Below, piece after piece: positions 52,108 through 61,809 of a DNA stretch of 64,000 bases. Under the pieces are notes generated by a model. The model was not told the origin of the DNA. It saw only the letters and a program-made list of their open reading frames with translations, and did not search any database. A program made the translations under genes and the position numbers. Numbering within the stretch: position 1 is the stretch's first letter; the number at the start of each line of letters is the position of its first letter. Source of the stretch: Chitinophagaceae bacterium (GTDB taxonomy: Bacteria > Bacteroidota > Bacteroidia > Chitinophagales > Chitinophagaceae); assembly GCA_947456805.1 (NCBI GenBank), contig CANGTN010000005.1, forward strand, positions 1,594 to 65,593, given 5' to 3'.

Positions 52108-52722
52108 TTATTGAACATATTGTTGTACGGGTAATCTGTTGGTTAAGCTTCTTGCCAGTGTCATTTCATCGGCATATTCTAGTTCGCCACCAAATGCAAT
52201 ACCTCTTGCAATTGTGGTTACTTTACATTGAAACGGAACGATTTTTTTCTGAATGTAATAAATGGTTGTATCGCCCTGAATATTTGGGTTTAGTGCAAAA
52301 ATAATTTCTTGGGTTTCTTCTTTTTGAATGCGTTGAATTAAGGTTTCAATATTCAACTGATCGGGCCCTATACCATCTAACGGAGAAATAATTCCGCCCA
52401 GTACATGATATGTTCCATTGAATTGTTGTGTATTTTCAATTGCAATTACATCTCTTATGTTTTCAACAACACAAATTAAATTTTGATTGCGCATGCTATT
52501 GCTGCAAGTGCTACATATATCACCATCGCTGATGTTGTGACAACGATTGCAAAATTTGATTTCACTTCGCATTTTTGAAATAGTTTCTCCAAAAAAACTC
52601 ACTTCATTTATATCTTGTTTTAGTAAATGCAATACCAATCGCAATGCAGTTTTTTTTCCAATTCCGGGTAGTTTGGAAAATTGTGCTACAGCATTTTCAA
52701 GAAGGGTAGATGGTAGTTGCAT
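52108..52722 (-). CDS. recR: Recombination protein RecR
   Basis: 204 aa. HhH LPGIGKKTALRL, Zn finger CNRCHNISDGDICSTC, Toprim domain. Confidence 0.95.
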   Translation of the reverse strand: MQLPSTLLENAVAQFSKLPGIGKKTALRLVLHLLKQDINEVSFFGETISKMRSEIKFCNRCHNISDGDICSTCSNSMRNQNLICVVENIRDVIAIENTQQFNGTYHVLGGIISPLDGIGPDQLNIETLIQRIQKEETQEIIFALNPNIQGDTTIYYIQKKIVPFQCKVTTIARGIAFGGELEYADEMTLARSLTNRLPVQQYVQ

Positions 52723-52780
52723 GGAGAAATTAATTGTCTACAAATGTACGTGCAAAATTTTTTGTTCTAAATTTCAGTTG

Positions 52781-54172
52781 TTATAAATTGATATCAATTT
52801 CATTGTCCCAGTTGGCTCGTACACCCAATTTTTGTTTGATGGCATTAACTATTTCGGGTTGCCGTCTCTGTTTATAATTACCTGCATCCCAAATACCATT
52901 TTTATTTTTATCCAATAAAATTCTTAATTCGTATTCACCTGGATTGAATAGTTTTCTAGTCAATATTTTTTCAGAAATCTTGATAGCCTCTATCAGTTTA
53001 TTGTCTTTAATAATTTGTAAAACAAGATTTTTGGATGTATCTATTTTGTTGAAATTAATTTTAATGCTTCCATAATCTTCTAATTTTTTGGTGCTAAATT
53101 TTATTGTATCATTTTTTGGCAACATACTATTGTTAGTATCAGTCACTGCATCTTTTTGTATCAGTAATGTATATTGAAAATTCGGCTGCCATTTGAAAAT
53201 GATATTGATTTTGTTTTTGAGCGTATCTCTTATGATAGAATAGTTGGCAATCTTTTTATACAATGTATCATAAAGTATCATTTTTAAAGTATCAAAAGTT
53301 TTTAACTTTTTATTAAACTCCAAACTAAAAGTATCGTTTAAAAGATCTTGCTTTCCAGAAGCTAAATCAAATTGGTAGCGTAGTTTTTTATCTCTGTCAT
53401 TGGAAGTTGTTGAAGCAGACACAGTTGGTTTTTTCTTTGCCTCCTGAAATGCATATAACGTAACGGGCGATGAATTTTTATTGATGCTAATGATTGAATC
53501 TGCAAAGGCAAATAATTTGGTGCTGTCGTCATATTTTTTACTGTAATCATTGGGTAATGCATACAAAGCAAATTTTCCTTCGGGCAAATTTTTAAAAGTA
53601 AAACTTCCATCTGCTTTCAGCTTTGTTATATAGCGCGGTTTAGTTTTATAAACAGCAGTGTCGCTTGTGTTTCTGTGTAAAATTGCAATTAGTGTAGAAT
53701 CGATTTTTCCGTCTTCGGCAAGAATAATTTTGCCCGATAATGAATTACTATCTATGATGTTTCCGGTAGAAAATGTGTACGTAAAGTTTTTTGCTTCATT
53801 GCCTTCATTTACATCTCTGATGCTTTTACCAAAATTGATAGAGTAGGTAGTATTCGCTTCTAAACTATCTTTCAATTTAATTGTTACATTTTTAAGTTTA
53901 TATTCTATTAAAGGATTGTTCTTTGGCAAAGGGCTTACTATAATATTTTCACTAATTTCCTTTACTTCAACAAATTCATCAAAGGTTAAAACAATTTTAT
54001 TTGTTGTTGTGTTTTTTGATGAATCTCTTGGAACAGCTGATATTAATTTTGGTGGAATCGTATCTTTTACACCACCACTTGGCGGAATCATATTTGCGCA
54101 ACTTGTTTGACTCATTTCAATGAATGAAACGAAACAGAAGATGAAAAGTGGATAAGAAAAAAATCGTTTCAT
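52781..54172 (-). CDS. Ig-like (SbsA/Big_5-type) domain-containing secreted or lipoprotein, function unknown
   Basis: MKRFFSYPLFIFCFVSF...SCANMIPPSGGVKDTIPPKLISAVPRDSSKNTTTNKIVLTFDEFVEV is the typical N-terminus of this Bacteroidota family. The track start 54205 adds 11 residues before the signal peptide. Confidence 0.5.
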   Translation of the reverse strand: MKRFFSYPLFIFCFVSFIEMSQTSCANMIPPSGGVKDTIPPKLISAVPRDSSKNTTTNKIVLTFDEFVEVKEISENIIVSPLPKNNPLIEYKLKNVTIKLKDSLEANTTYSINFGKSIRDVNEGNEAKNFTYTFSTGNIIDSNSLSGKIILAEDGKIDSTLIAILHRNTSDTAVYKTKPRYITKLKADGSFTFKNLPEGKFALYALPNDYSKKYDDSTKLFAFADSIISINKNSSPVTLYAFQEAKKKPTVSASTTSNDRDKKLRYQFDLASGKQDLLNDTFSLEFNKKLKTFDTLKMILYDTLYKKIANYSIIRDTLKNKINIIFKWQPNFQYTLLIQKDAVTDTNNSMLPKNDTIKFSTKKLEDYGSIKINFNKIDTSKNLVLQIIKDNKLIEAIKISEKILTRKLFNPGEYELRILLDKNKNGIWDAGNYKQRRQPEIVNAIKQKLGVRANWDNEIDINL

Positions 54173-54242
54173 AATGAGTGATAGTTGCGATAGATTATGT
54201 TGCAAACATAATCTGTTTACTTTTTTAAATAAATTTCAAACA

Positions 54243-57200
54243 CTAATTTTCTTCTTCTATGCCTTCAGATAGAATGGATAAATTATTTGTTTTAACAAAG
54301 TTGCACCATTTACAATCTTCTTCACCACAGCCTCTATAAAATTCTCTGTTCTGAATTTTTTGCCAGGTACTAGTAATTTGATTGGTTACAGTTTCTATAT
54401 CGGCAGTAGAAATAACTATTTTTTCTTTTTGGTATTCTTTCTTTTTGTCGGGTTCAATAAAATCAAATTCGGTACTTACTATTTTCCAATCTTTGGACTG
54501 ATAATTATCAACTAAAATTTTATAAAACACAGCTTGTCGCCAATAGCTTCCGCCATTGGGTTCTTTGTCGTGAGGTGGTTTTAATTTGGATAGGGCATTT
54601 TCATAATTCCCAGATTTATAATCTACAACATTTACAGATTTACCATCAAATTCAAGTTTATCCAATTTTCCTTTCAAAGGAACACCTTGTACTACTACAT
54701 TTTTAATGCTTCGTTCTATGGCAACTATTTTATTAAAACTGTTACTGTATTTATCATAATAATTTGCCAAAACTTCGTGTCCATATTCGATTCTTCTATT
54801 GAATTGTTCTTTGGTAAAACTTTCTCTATTGCGTTTCATGTAAAAGTCAAAGTCTGCAATGAATACAGCTTTATCAGGGAATTGTTGCTGGCTATTGTCT
54901 TGCATTTTTTGAAAGAGTTGTTCCAATGCATAATGCACCGCACTTCCAAATTCGGTAGATTCATTTTTGCCGCTTGGTACACGAATTAAATTGTTGTAGT
55001 AAAATTGTAAAGGGCAATTGAGGTAATTATTTAAAGCAGTAACGTTCATGTTAAACTTATCCAACAAAGCATCTATAAAATCTGTTTCTGCTTTTCCAAT
55101 TTCAGGCATAAGAGTTTTACTCAGGAGTAGTATGTCAAAATCTGTTGTTACTGTTGTTGGTAATGAAATAACATCTGTAGTTAGTACATGTTCTTCAGCA
55201 ATTTCTACAACAAATTTACTAGGCTCAAGCTCCTTCCCATTGTCTTCAAATTGAGCATAGCTTAGTTGTAAGTTTGTTTCTGCACGGGTTAATGCAACAT
55301 AAAATAATCTTCTTAACTCTTCGGCATCTGCGGTTTTTGCATCAGCAGTTGTTGTTTCAAAAATAGTATCTGGCAATCGATAGCCATTGTTTGGTTTTCT
55401 TTTCTTTTCCCAGCTACCCGAATTACATCCGGCAAAAAATACATATTTAAATTCAAGTCCTTTGCTGCCATGTGCAGTTAATAAGTTTACACCTTTTTCA
55501 TTGCCACTAATTTGAACCAAAGGAAGTTTAATTTCTTCTTTTTGCATCAGCTCAATAATAGTTACAATATCTTGTAATTGCATTTGAGTATTTCTTCGAG
55601 ATTCCTCTTTAATGAAATCAAATAAGCCTGTCAATACTTGTAAATGCCAGTGTTTTTCATTGCTGTTTAAAATATAATTCAATAATCCTGTTTTCTGAAT
55701 AATCAATTCTACCAAGGATTGTAGCGTAACATTGGGAACATCTGAAATAAGGGATTCTAAAATAGTACTTGCATTTTTAGCCGCTTCGTTAAATGGTTGT
55801 TGAAACAATTCTTTTTGTGGGGCATTACTTTTTTCAATTAATAATTTTCGGATCGATGTTTTATCTGCACCAAATTGTTTACCTGCAACTTCAACACTCA
55901 GTTTCGCAACTTCAATTGCAGGAATTCCCCACCAATCAAAATGTAAAATTTCAAACAACATTTCATCACCGCCAAATGGAATATCATGTTCTGCTGAAAG
56001 ATATTTTAAAAGCAGTATTATTTTTTTAGCCAAAGGGATTTCAAAAATGTTGACACTTCGTTTGCTGTAAACAGGAATCTCTTTCAAATTAAAGAACCGC
56101 GTAAGTTCATCTCCATATTTATTTTCTTTGTAAATTACTCCAATATTACCGGGCTGAATACCACTCTTGATAAGGGTTTCAACTGCAATGGTAATACCAA
56201 TCATTTCATGTTTTTGAGTTTGGTATTGATGAATAGACAATGGTGTTTGAAGTGTATTAATTGATGTATTGCTGGCAACTAAATTTTTACTTAATCCACT
56301 TATTTTATTAACCAATCTTTCATTGTTTTTTTCAATGATGGTTTTAGAACTATCTAATATTTTTTGTGTGCTTCTGTAATTATTGGTCAAAACAATTTTC
56401 AATAAATCTTTATCATATTTTCTTACAAAGTGCTCCATATTTTCTACGTTAGCACCTTGAAAACGAAAAATACTTTGGTCATCATCACCAACCACAAAAA
56501 CATTGGGAACATCCCAAAATGAAATCAATAATTCTACAATTTTATTTTGTGTTCCACTAGTGTCCTGATATTCATCTACCAATATGTAGTGGTATTGTTC
56601 CTGATAACGACGTAATAAATTGTCATTTTGTTCAAATGCATTGATTACCCAATTAATCATATCATCAAAGTCATATCGGTTAGCCCTTTTCATCAATGTT
56701 TGAAAATTCTCAAACTCCAGAATTGCAGCTTTCAGTTTATCCATTATTGCTGCTTCTGCGATAACTTTATCTGTACGTACATCTCCTTTTTTAAATGTAC
56801 CAACTGCTTTCTTTGCAATATATTCATCTCTGTTGGGAAGATCGTTGATGTAAATATCTATGCTTTGAATAAGGTAATCAACTGTCCACCCTTCTCTTTT
56901 CATATTACTAAAAAGCTTTTGCAAGTTGTTGATTTCAAAATACACATCTCCTCTGTATCTTTTCAATGGATGATTTTTAGGAAATGCATCAATAAGTTTT
57001 TTGAAAAGTTGTGTTCGCTCCAGTTCGCTGATTGGGTCAAGAATATTTTTTTCAAACAGACTTAAATTATCTTGGATCACATCATTACAAAAACTATGGT
57101 AAGTATGTATTTGAACTCTGTAAGCATCGCTACCAATCATTTTTTGCAAACGCTTACGCATAGCCAATGCACCAGCATCGGTGTAGGTAAGGCATAAAAT

Positions 57201-57392
57201 ATTTTCGGGAGTAGCATCTGTTTCCAATAATATTTTACCAATTCTTGCAGACAAAATTTGTGTCTTACCTGTGCCCGGACCTGCAATTACCATTATCGGA
57301 CCTTCAATTGTATCCACAGCTATTTTTTGTTGCGGGTTTAATTGAGCATATATATCATTGAATTGTTGTAGTAATTTTTCTTTTAGATTCAT
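54243..57392 (-). CDS. UvrD/PcrA-type SF1 helicase fused to a C-terminal 4-Cys PD-(D/E)XK (Cas4/AddB-like) nuclease domain
   Basis: 1049 aa. Walker A AGPGTGKT, motif II VDEYQDTS, motif VI YVALTRAE. Nuclease motifs: C in YLNCPLQFYY, GKLDKLEF, VVDYKSG, QAVFYKIL, and the terminal CGEEDCKWC. Confidence 0.8.
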   Translation of the reverse strand: MNLKEKLLQQFNDIYAQLNPQQKIAVDTIEGPIMVIAGPGTGKTQILSARIGKILLETDATPENILCLTYTDAGALAMRKRLQKMIGSDAYRVQIHTYHSFCNDVIQDNLSLFEKNILDPISELERTQLFKKLIDAFPKNHPLKRYRGDVYFEINNLQKLFSNMKREGWTVDYLIQSIDIYINDLPNRDEYIAKKAVGTFKKGDVRTDKVIAEAAIMDKLKAAILEFENFQTLMKRANRYDFDDMINWVINAFEQNDNLLRRYQEQYHYILVDEYQDTSGTQNKIVELLISFWDVPNVFVVGDDDQSIFRFQGANVENMEHFVRKYDKDLLKIVLTNNYRSTQKILDSSKTIIEKNNERLVNKISGLSKNLVASNTSINTLQTPLSIHQYQTQKHEMIGITIAVETLIKSGIQPGNIGVIYKENKYGDELTRFFNLKEIPVYSKRSVNIFEIPLAKKIILLLKYLSAEHDIPFGGDEMLFEILHFDWWGIPAIEVAKLSVEVAGKQFGADKTSIRKLLIEKSNAPQKELFQQPFNEAAKNASTILESLISDVPNVTLQSLVELIIQKTGLLNYILNSNEKHWHLQVLTGLFDFIKEESRRNTQMQLQDIVTIIELMQKEEIKLPLVQISGNEKGVNLLTAHGSKGLEFKYVFFAGCNSGSWEKKRKPNNGYRLPDTIFETTTADAKTADAEELRRLFYVALTRAETNLQLSYAQFEDNGKELEPSKFVVEIAEEHVLTTDVISLPTTVTTDFDILLLSKTLMPEIGKAETDFIDALLDKFNMNVTALNNYLNCPLQFYYNNLIRVPSGKNESTEFGSAVHYALEQLFQKMQDNSQQQFPDKAVFIADFDFYMKRNRESFTKEQFNRRIEYGHEVLANYYDKYSNSFNKIVAIERSIKNVVVQGVPLKGKLDKLEFDGKSVNVVDYKSGNYENALSKLKPPHDKEPNGGSYWRQAVFYKILVDNYQSKDWKIVSTEFDFIEPDKKKEYQKEKIVISTADIETVTNQITSTWQKIQNREFYRGCGEEDCKWCNFVKTNNLSILSEGIEEEN

Positions 57393-57553
57393 ATTATATC
57401 ACTGGCGGTTTTAAAATCCAACATGGTAAATTTATGTATGAAAATTTAGAAGTGATAGAAATAAAATACTTTCTTTTAGGTGTTATGATTGGGGCATTAA
57501 TATTTTATTTTTTTTCAGTTCAACTTTTTATCTGCGATGTTGTTTATTATTTT

Positions 57554-58051
57554 ATGAGTAAAGTTTATTCCATTAAAACGATACAAAAAATTCCAATTAC
57601 TTTAGAAACAGCATGGGATTTTTTTAGTAAACCGGATAATTTAAAAGAGATCACACCCGATAATTTAGGATTCAATATCATCAGCAAACACCATGGTCCA
57701 ACCATGTATGCCGGACAGATTATTGAGTATAAAGTTTCTCCTATTTTAGGTATACCGTTGTATTGGATGACAGAGATAACACACGTTGAAGACAAAAAAT
57801 ATTTTGTTGATGAACAACGATATGGTCCATACAGCATGTGGCATCACCAACATCATTTCAAAGCAATTGAAGGGGGCGTTGAAATGACTGATATTGTGCA
57901 TTACAAATTACCCTTGTTTTTCTTGGGAGATATAGCAAATGTTATTTTGGTTAAAAGCCAACTGCGTGGAATATTCAACTATCGTTACAAAGCCGTTGAT
58001 GATAAATTTGGTAAATGGCAAGGAGCAGAAAATAAAGTAGTTTTTGGTTAA
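57554..58051 (+). CDS. SRPBCC-family ligand-binding protein
   Basis: About 165 aa from the ATG at 57554 (MSKVYSIKTIQKIPITLETAWDFFSKPDNLKEITP...). The track extension from 57434 is hydrophobic, unrelated sequence. Confidence 0.6.
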   Translation: MSKVYSIKTIQKIPITLETAWDFFSKPDNLKEITPDNLGFNIISKHHGPTMYAGQIIEYKVSPILGIPLYWMTEITHVEDKKYFVDEQRYGPYSMWHHQHHFKAIEGGVEMTDIVHYKLPLFFLGDIANVILVKSQLRGIFNYRYKAVDDKFGKWQGAENKVVFG

Positions 58052-58054
58052 TGA

Positions 58055-59518
58055 TTATTTCATTTCTACCCATTTACTAATATTGTTGTTCCAATCAACC
58101 GTACTTACAAATACACGTTTGTTTTGATTAAACCATTTGAATGCATCTACATTGTTGGTGCCTCCTTGCAAAATAATTTGAACAAGTTTGGCATTGTCTA
58201 AAATTGCTTCTTGCTTTTCATCAATGGTAAAAATAGCGTAGCCTTTTATTTTTTCTTTTCCTTTGTAGGATATTCGATTGATACCATCATTCAAAGGCTC
58301 TAAGAAAGGCATTTCGGGAGCTTTATTATCTATCCATGGCATTGGATTAGGTAATGCAGGGTATGCGTAATAATTGTTGCGTAAACTATCGTTCCAACCG
58401 CTTGGATTTTTTTCAAAAGTCTTGCTGCTGAAGTAAGCACTTCCTTGCGTGTTGGATAAAGTTCTTAATTTCTGAATTTGCATAGGCAATTCATTTTTGT
58501 CTTTCCATGCAGTATTTGTACCAGCTCTGTAAATGCCATGCCCAACGTACATGTGTTTGCCAAATGTGTTGTTGTTCCACCATTCCAGCAAACCATCATA
58601 ATCACATAATTTGTGCCCACGTTCCCAGTACAATTGTGGCGTTACATAATCTATCCAGCCTTTTTCAAGCCACAATAAAATATCTGCATACAAATCGTCG
58701 TAATTGGTTTGTCCGCCCTTTGTATTACTTCCTCTTGGGTCTTTGCTTTGATTTCTCCAAACACCAAATGGGCTGATACCAAATTTTACTCTTGGATTAG
58801 CAGCACGAATGGTTTGATAAAGTTGTAAAATAATCGAATCGCAATTGCTTCTTCTCCAATCATCTTTATTTAAACCATTGCCATACAATAAAAATGTTTT
58901 TTGATCGGGAAATTCTTTCCCATCAATTCTGTAAGGATAAAAATAATCGTCCATATGAATGCCATCAACATCATACCTATCAACGATATCTTTTACAATT
59001 CTTGTTACATGTGCCCTTACCTGCGGCAAGCCCGGATTAAAAAATTTGGTAGTGCCATAATTTAAAAACCATTCCGGATGAATTTTAGTAATGTGCGTAG
59101 GTGCAATGGAACTTTTACCAATGTTAAAAACTGCCCGGTAAGGATTAATCCATGCATGAAATTCCATACCCCGTTTATGTGTTTCATCAATCATGAATTG
59201 TAATGGGTCGTAATAAGGTGTGGGTGGCAAGCCTTGTTTACCTGTTAAGTATTCACTCCATGGTTCGTAAGAAGAAGGATAAAATGCATCACCTGCAGGA
59301 CGAACTTGTACAAAAACAGTATTCATACCATTGCGTTGGTGCATGTCTAAAAGCTTGGTAAACTCTGCTTTTTGTGATTCGATATTTAAACCTTTTTTAC
59401 TGGGCCAATCAATATTTTCAACTGATGCCACCCAAACGGCTCTTACTTCAAATATGGGTTGTGCTTGTATTTCAACGTTTATTAACAGCAATATGCAAGT
59501 GGTAAAAAATAATTTCAT
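58055..59518 (-). CDS. Glycoside-hydrolase-like family 10 (GHL10/DUF187) secreted protein
   Basis: 487 aa. Signal peptide, then VRAVWVASVENIDWPS, NTVFVQVRPAGDAFY, EFHAWINPYR, DGIHMDDYFYP. Confidence 0.7.
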   Translation of the reverse strand: MKLFFTTCILLLINVEIQAQPIFEVRAVWVASVENIDWPSKKGLNIESQKAEFTKLLDMHQRNGMNTVFVQVRPAGDAFYPSSYEPWSEYLTGKQGLPPTPYYDPLQFMIDETHKRGMEFHAWINPYRAVFNIGKSSIAPTHITKIHPEWFLNYGTTKFFNPGLPQVRAHVTRIVKDIVDRYDVDGIHMDDYFYPYRIDGKEFPDQKTFLLYGNGLNKDDWRRSNCDSIILQLYQTIRAANPRVKFGISPFGVWRNQSKDPRGSNTKGGQTNYDDLYADILLWLEKGWIDYVTPQLYWERGHKLCDYDGLLEWWNNNTFGKHMYVGHGIYRAGTNTAWKDKNELPMQIQKLRTLSNTQGSAYFSSKTFEKNPSGWNDSLRNNYYAYPALPNPMPWIDNKAPEMPFLEPLNDGINRISYKGKEKIKGYAIFTIDEKQEAILDNAKLVQIILQGGTNNVDAFKWFNQNKRVFVSTVDWNNNISKWVEMK

Positions 59519-59593
59519 GCCGTGAAGGTAAAACCAGAAATCATTTTTGAATTGTGATGTGGATGAATTGTTGTATTTGTTTCAAATAATTAA

Positions 59594-59622
59594 CAAAAAA
59601 GCCATCTGCATTGCAGATGGCT
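59594..59622 (-). terminator. Rho-independent terminator after the 699-aa T9SS cargo gene
   Basis: Minus strand reads AGCCATCTGC-aat-GCAGATGGCT followed by TTTTTTG, 24 nt after the stop at 59646. Confidence 0.8.
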
Positions 59623-59645
59623 TTCGAACAAGAAGTATGGGTTGA

Positions 59646-61745
59646 TTATTGTTTTACAATTTTCTTTAAATCGTTAGTTTTACCTGATGCATCAGTTAAT
59701 TTCAACAGATAGTTACCTTTATTGAGCTGGCTGATATCTTCAGAGATACTTAATTCACCGATTGTGAGTTGTACTACTTTTTGAATAAGTACTTTACCCA
59801 ACACATCGATGATGCTCATTGTTACTTTTTCAGCTGTAGCGGAAGATATATTAATATTTAGTCTGTCTTTAACTGGGTTTGGATAAACTGCTGCAATTGA
59901 GATGCCGCTTACCTTACTACCTCTAATTAAAACAGTCTGGCTTAAGCTGGTTTTACCATCTTTGTCTGTTTGCTGTAATCTGTAATAGTTATTTCCATTC
60001 AAAGGGGCAACATCATTGAATTCGTAATCCAATGTAGCATTACTGTTGCCGTTAATTGCTTTAGAAGTAATTGAGGCTATAGTGCTGAAATCAGCACCAT
60101 TCAAACTTCTCTGCAAATCAAACCCTTTGTTATTCAATTCAGTGATGGTATTCCATTTTAATACATTTTTATTACCATCTTTAATTCCTGTGAAACTTGA
60201 TAATTGAACAGGAAGTCCAGATGAAAATCTAGCATCAAACATCAACTTGAAATTATTTCCAGGGGACATGTCAGACCAAGCTCCGGTTGTTTTTAAATAA
60301 AAAGTTCCAGATCTTATTGGGTTTTCTGTTTCATAACCATAGGCTAAATTTGTGGTTCCTGTTTGTTGAACTGAAACAAAGAAATCGCCAGTAACTACTA
60401 CACCAGGAGTAATACTCAAGTTTACATTTGCTCCGCCTGATGTCTGAGAAGCAGAAGTCCATAATACTGTACCAGGAGTTCCTCCAGTGCCAGTTGCATC
60501 ATAAATTACTGCTGTATATGGTTGACCTGTAGAGGTAGTTGGGAAATAAAGTGTAATTTGATCAATTGTTTTGGATCCACTATTGGTAAATTTCGCGGCA
60601 AATTCACCAATACTTCCATTTAAACCAACGCCTACTGTCGCTGTAGCAGCATTTGTTGTGCTAATTGTATTTGTTGTGATTGTTTGAGAAACTGAAGAAG
60701 AATTGTTGGTATTGACATCATCTGAAGGAACAGTTACTGTAATTGTATTTGTTCCAACCAAAGACGGAGTGAAGGCTGTAAAACTAACCAAAGTACTTGA
60801 CCCCGGCGCTAATGATGCAATTGTTTGAGTATTTGAAAAAGTATTAGCGCCTGTAACTGCTAGTGAAACACTTAGATTTGTTAGTGTAGCAGAACCGTTG
60901 TTTTTTACCATAGATCTAATAATTTGTGAACCACCATAACCTGCAGGGATTTTACCTAAAGTGTAGGTAGCTAAAACAGCAGCATCATTTGGGGGGAGAT
61001 TGACAGCAGTAAATCTATATGTGTAACCGGATGTTGGTAAAACATTATTTCTGTTATTGAATTTATTTCCGGTATAATTTCCGTCTAAAAATGTAGCAGA
61101 AGCCCAGGCAGTTGCCGAAGCTTTGGTAATATTTACAGAAGAAGTGTTAACACTCCCTTGAATGCCGGCATTTGTGCCCAAAAATACTGCTGCTGCGCCT
61201 GAAGAAGTGAATGTGCCATATACAAACTCAATATCATTAGAAGTTTCATACAATTTTATTTGAAAATTGATATTAGAATATTGTCCTGTAGCAGAACTCC
61301 AATCTCTAACATTTTTGAATTGAATTGTACATACTCTACTACCAGCTGTTCCTGAGGTGAAAACTCTGTATTCAGGTGATGTGCCTCCATCTAAGTCAAG
61401 GTTGAAAGGATAAATTGTGTTGGCTTCGTTACCTGTTAATACATCATAGATTGATGCGGGTGGAGTTGTTCCTAATTTGATAAATCCATTTGTACAAAGT
61501 AAAAATTGTGTAAATGTTGTTCCATTGTAAGAAAAGTTGAATCCAATATTTTGTATTGATGAGGTGTCATCATCAAATGTAATTGGGTTCCCACTGAAAT
61601 TTGTAGTAATTGCAGTCCCGTTCGTTCCTAAATCGGTATAGGTACCTGATGATTTTGTTGCATTAATTGCCTGATAGTTAAATTGGCAAAAAATTGCCGA
61701 AAATGAAAAAGAAAATGCAATAAGTGTAAGTAGTTTTTTTATCAT
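59646..61745 (-). CDS. T9SS type A cargo: secreted surface protein of unknown function
   Basis: 699 aa. Signal peptide, Thr/Ser/Asn/Gly-rich beta-type sequence, an LPVQLSSF...NYYRLQQTDKDG module, then the YPNPV sorting domain. Confidence 0.8.
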   Translation of the reverse strand: MIKKLLTLIAFSFSFSAIFCQFNYQAINATKSSGTYTDLGTNGTAITTNFSGNPITFDDDTSSIQNIGFNFSYNGTTFTQFLLCTNGFIKLGTTPPASIYDVLTGNEANTIYPFNLDLDGGTSPEYRVFTSGTAGSRVCTIQFKNVRDWSSATGQYSNINFQIKLYETSNDIEFVYGTFTSSGAAAVFLGTNAGIQGSVNTSSVNITKASATAWASATFLDGNYTGNKFNNRNNVLPTSGYTYRFTAVNLPPNDAAVLATYTLGKIPAGYGGSQIIRSMVKNNGSATLTNLSVSLAVTGANTFSNTQTIASLAPGSSTLVSFTAFTPSLVGTNTITVTVPSDDVNTNNSSSVSQTITTNTISTTNAATATVGVGLNGSIGEFAAKFTNSGSKTIDQITLYFPTTSTGQPYTAVIYDATGTGGTPGTVLWTSASQTSGGANVNLSITPGVVVTGDFFVSVQQTGTTNLAYGYETENPIRSGTFYLKTTGAWSDMSPGNNFKLMFDARFSSGLPVQLSSFTGIKDGNKNVLKWNTITELNNKGFDLQRSLNGADFSTIASITSKAINGNSNATLDYEFNDVAPLNGNNYYRLQQTDKDGKTSLSQTVLIRGSKVSGISIAAVYPNPVKDRLNINISSATAEKVTMSIIDVLGKVLIQKVVQLTIGELSISEDISQLNKGNYLLKLTDASGKTNDLKKIVKQ
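59649..59894 (-). other. T9SS type A C-terminal sorting domain of the 699-aa protein
   Basis: AAVYPNPVKDRLNINISSATAEKVTMSIIDVLGKVLIQKV...KGNYLLKLTDASGKTNDLKKIVKQ. Confidence 0.8.
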
Positions 61746-61797
61746 AGCGGATTAAGTTTAGGGTTTGAAATTACTCAAAAACAATTTGAAACAAAAA

Positions 61798-61809
61798 TTT
61801 TTTTTTTTT
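61798..61809. repeat. Homopolymer tract (T12 on plus strand, A12 on the coding minus strand), starting in the stop codon of the radical SAM gene
   Basis: Counted directly: 61798-61809 are all T. Followed on the minus strand by TTTTTG. Confidence 0.9.
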
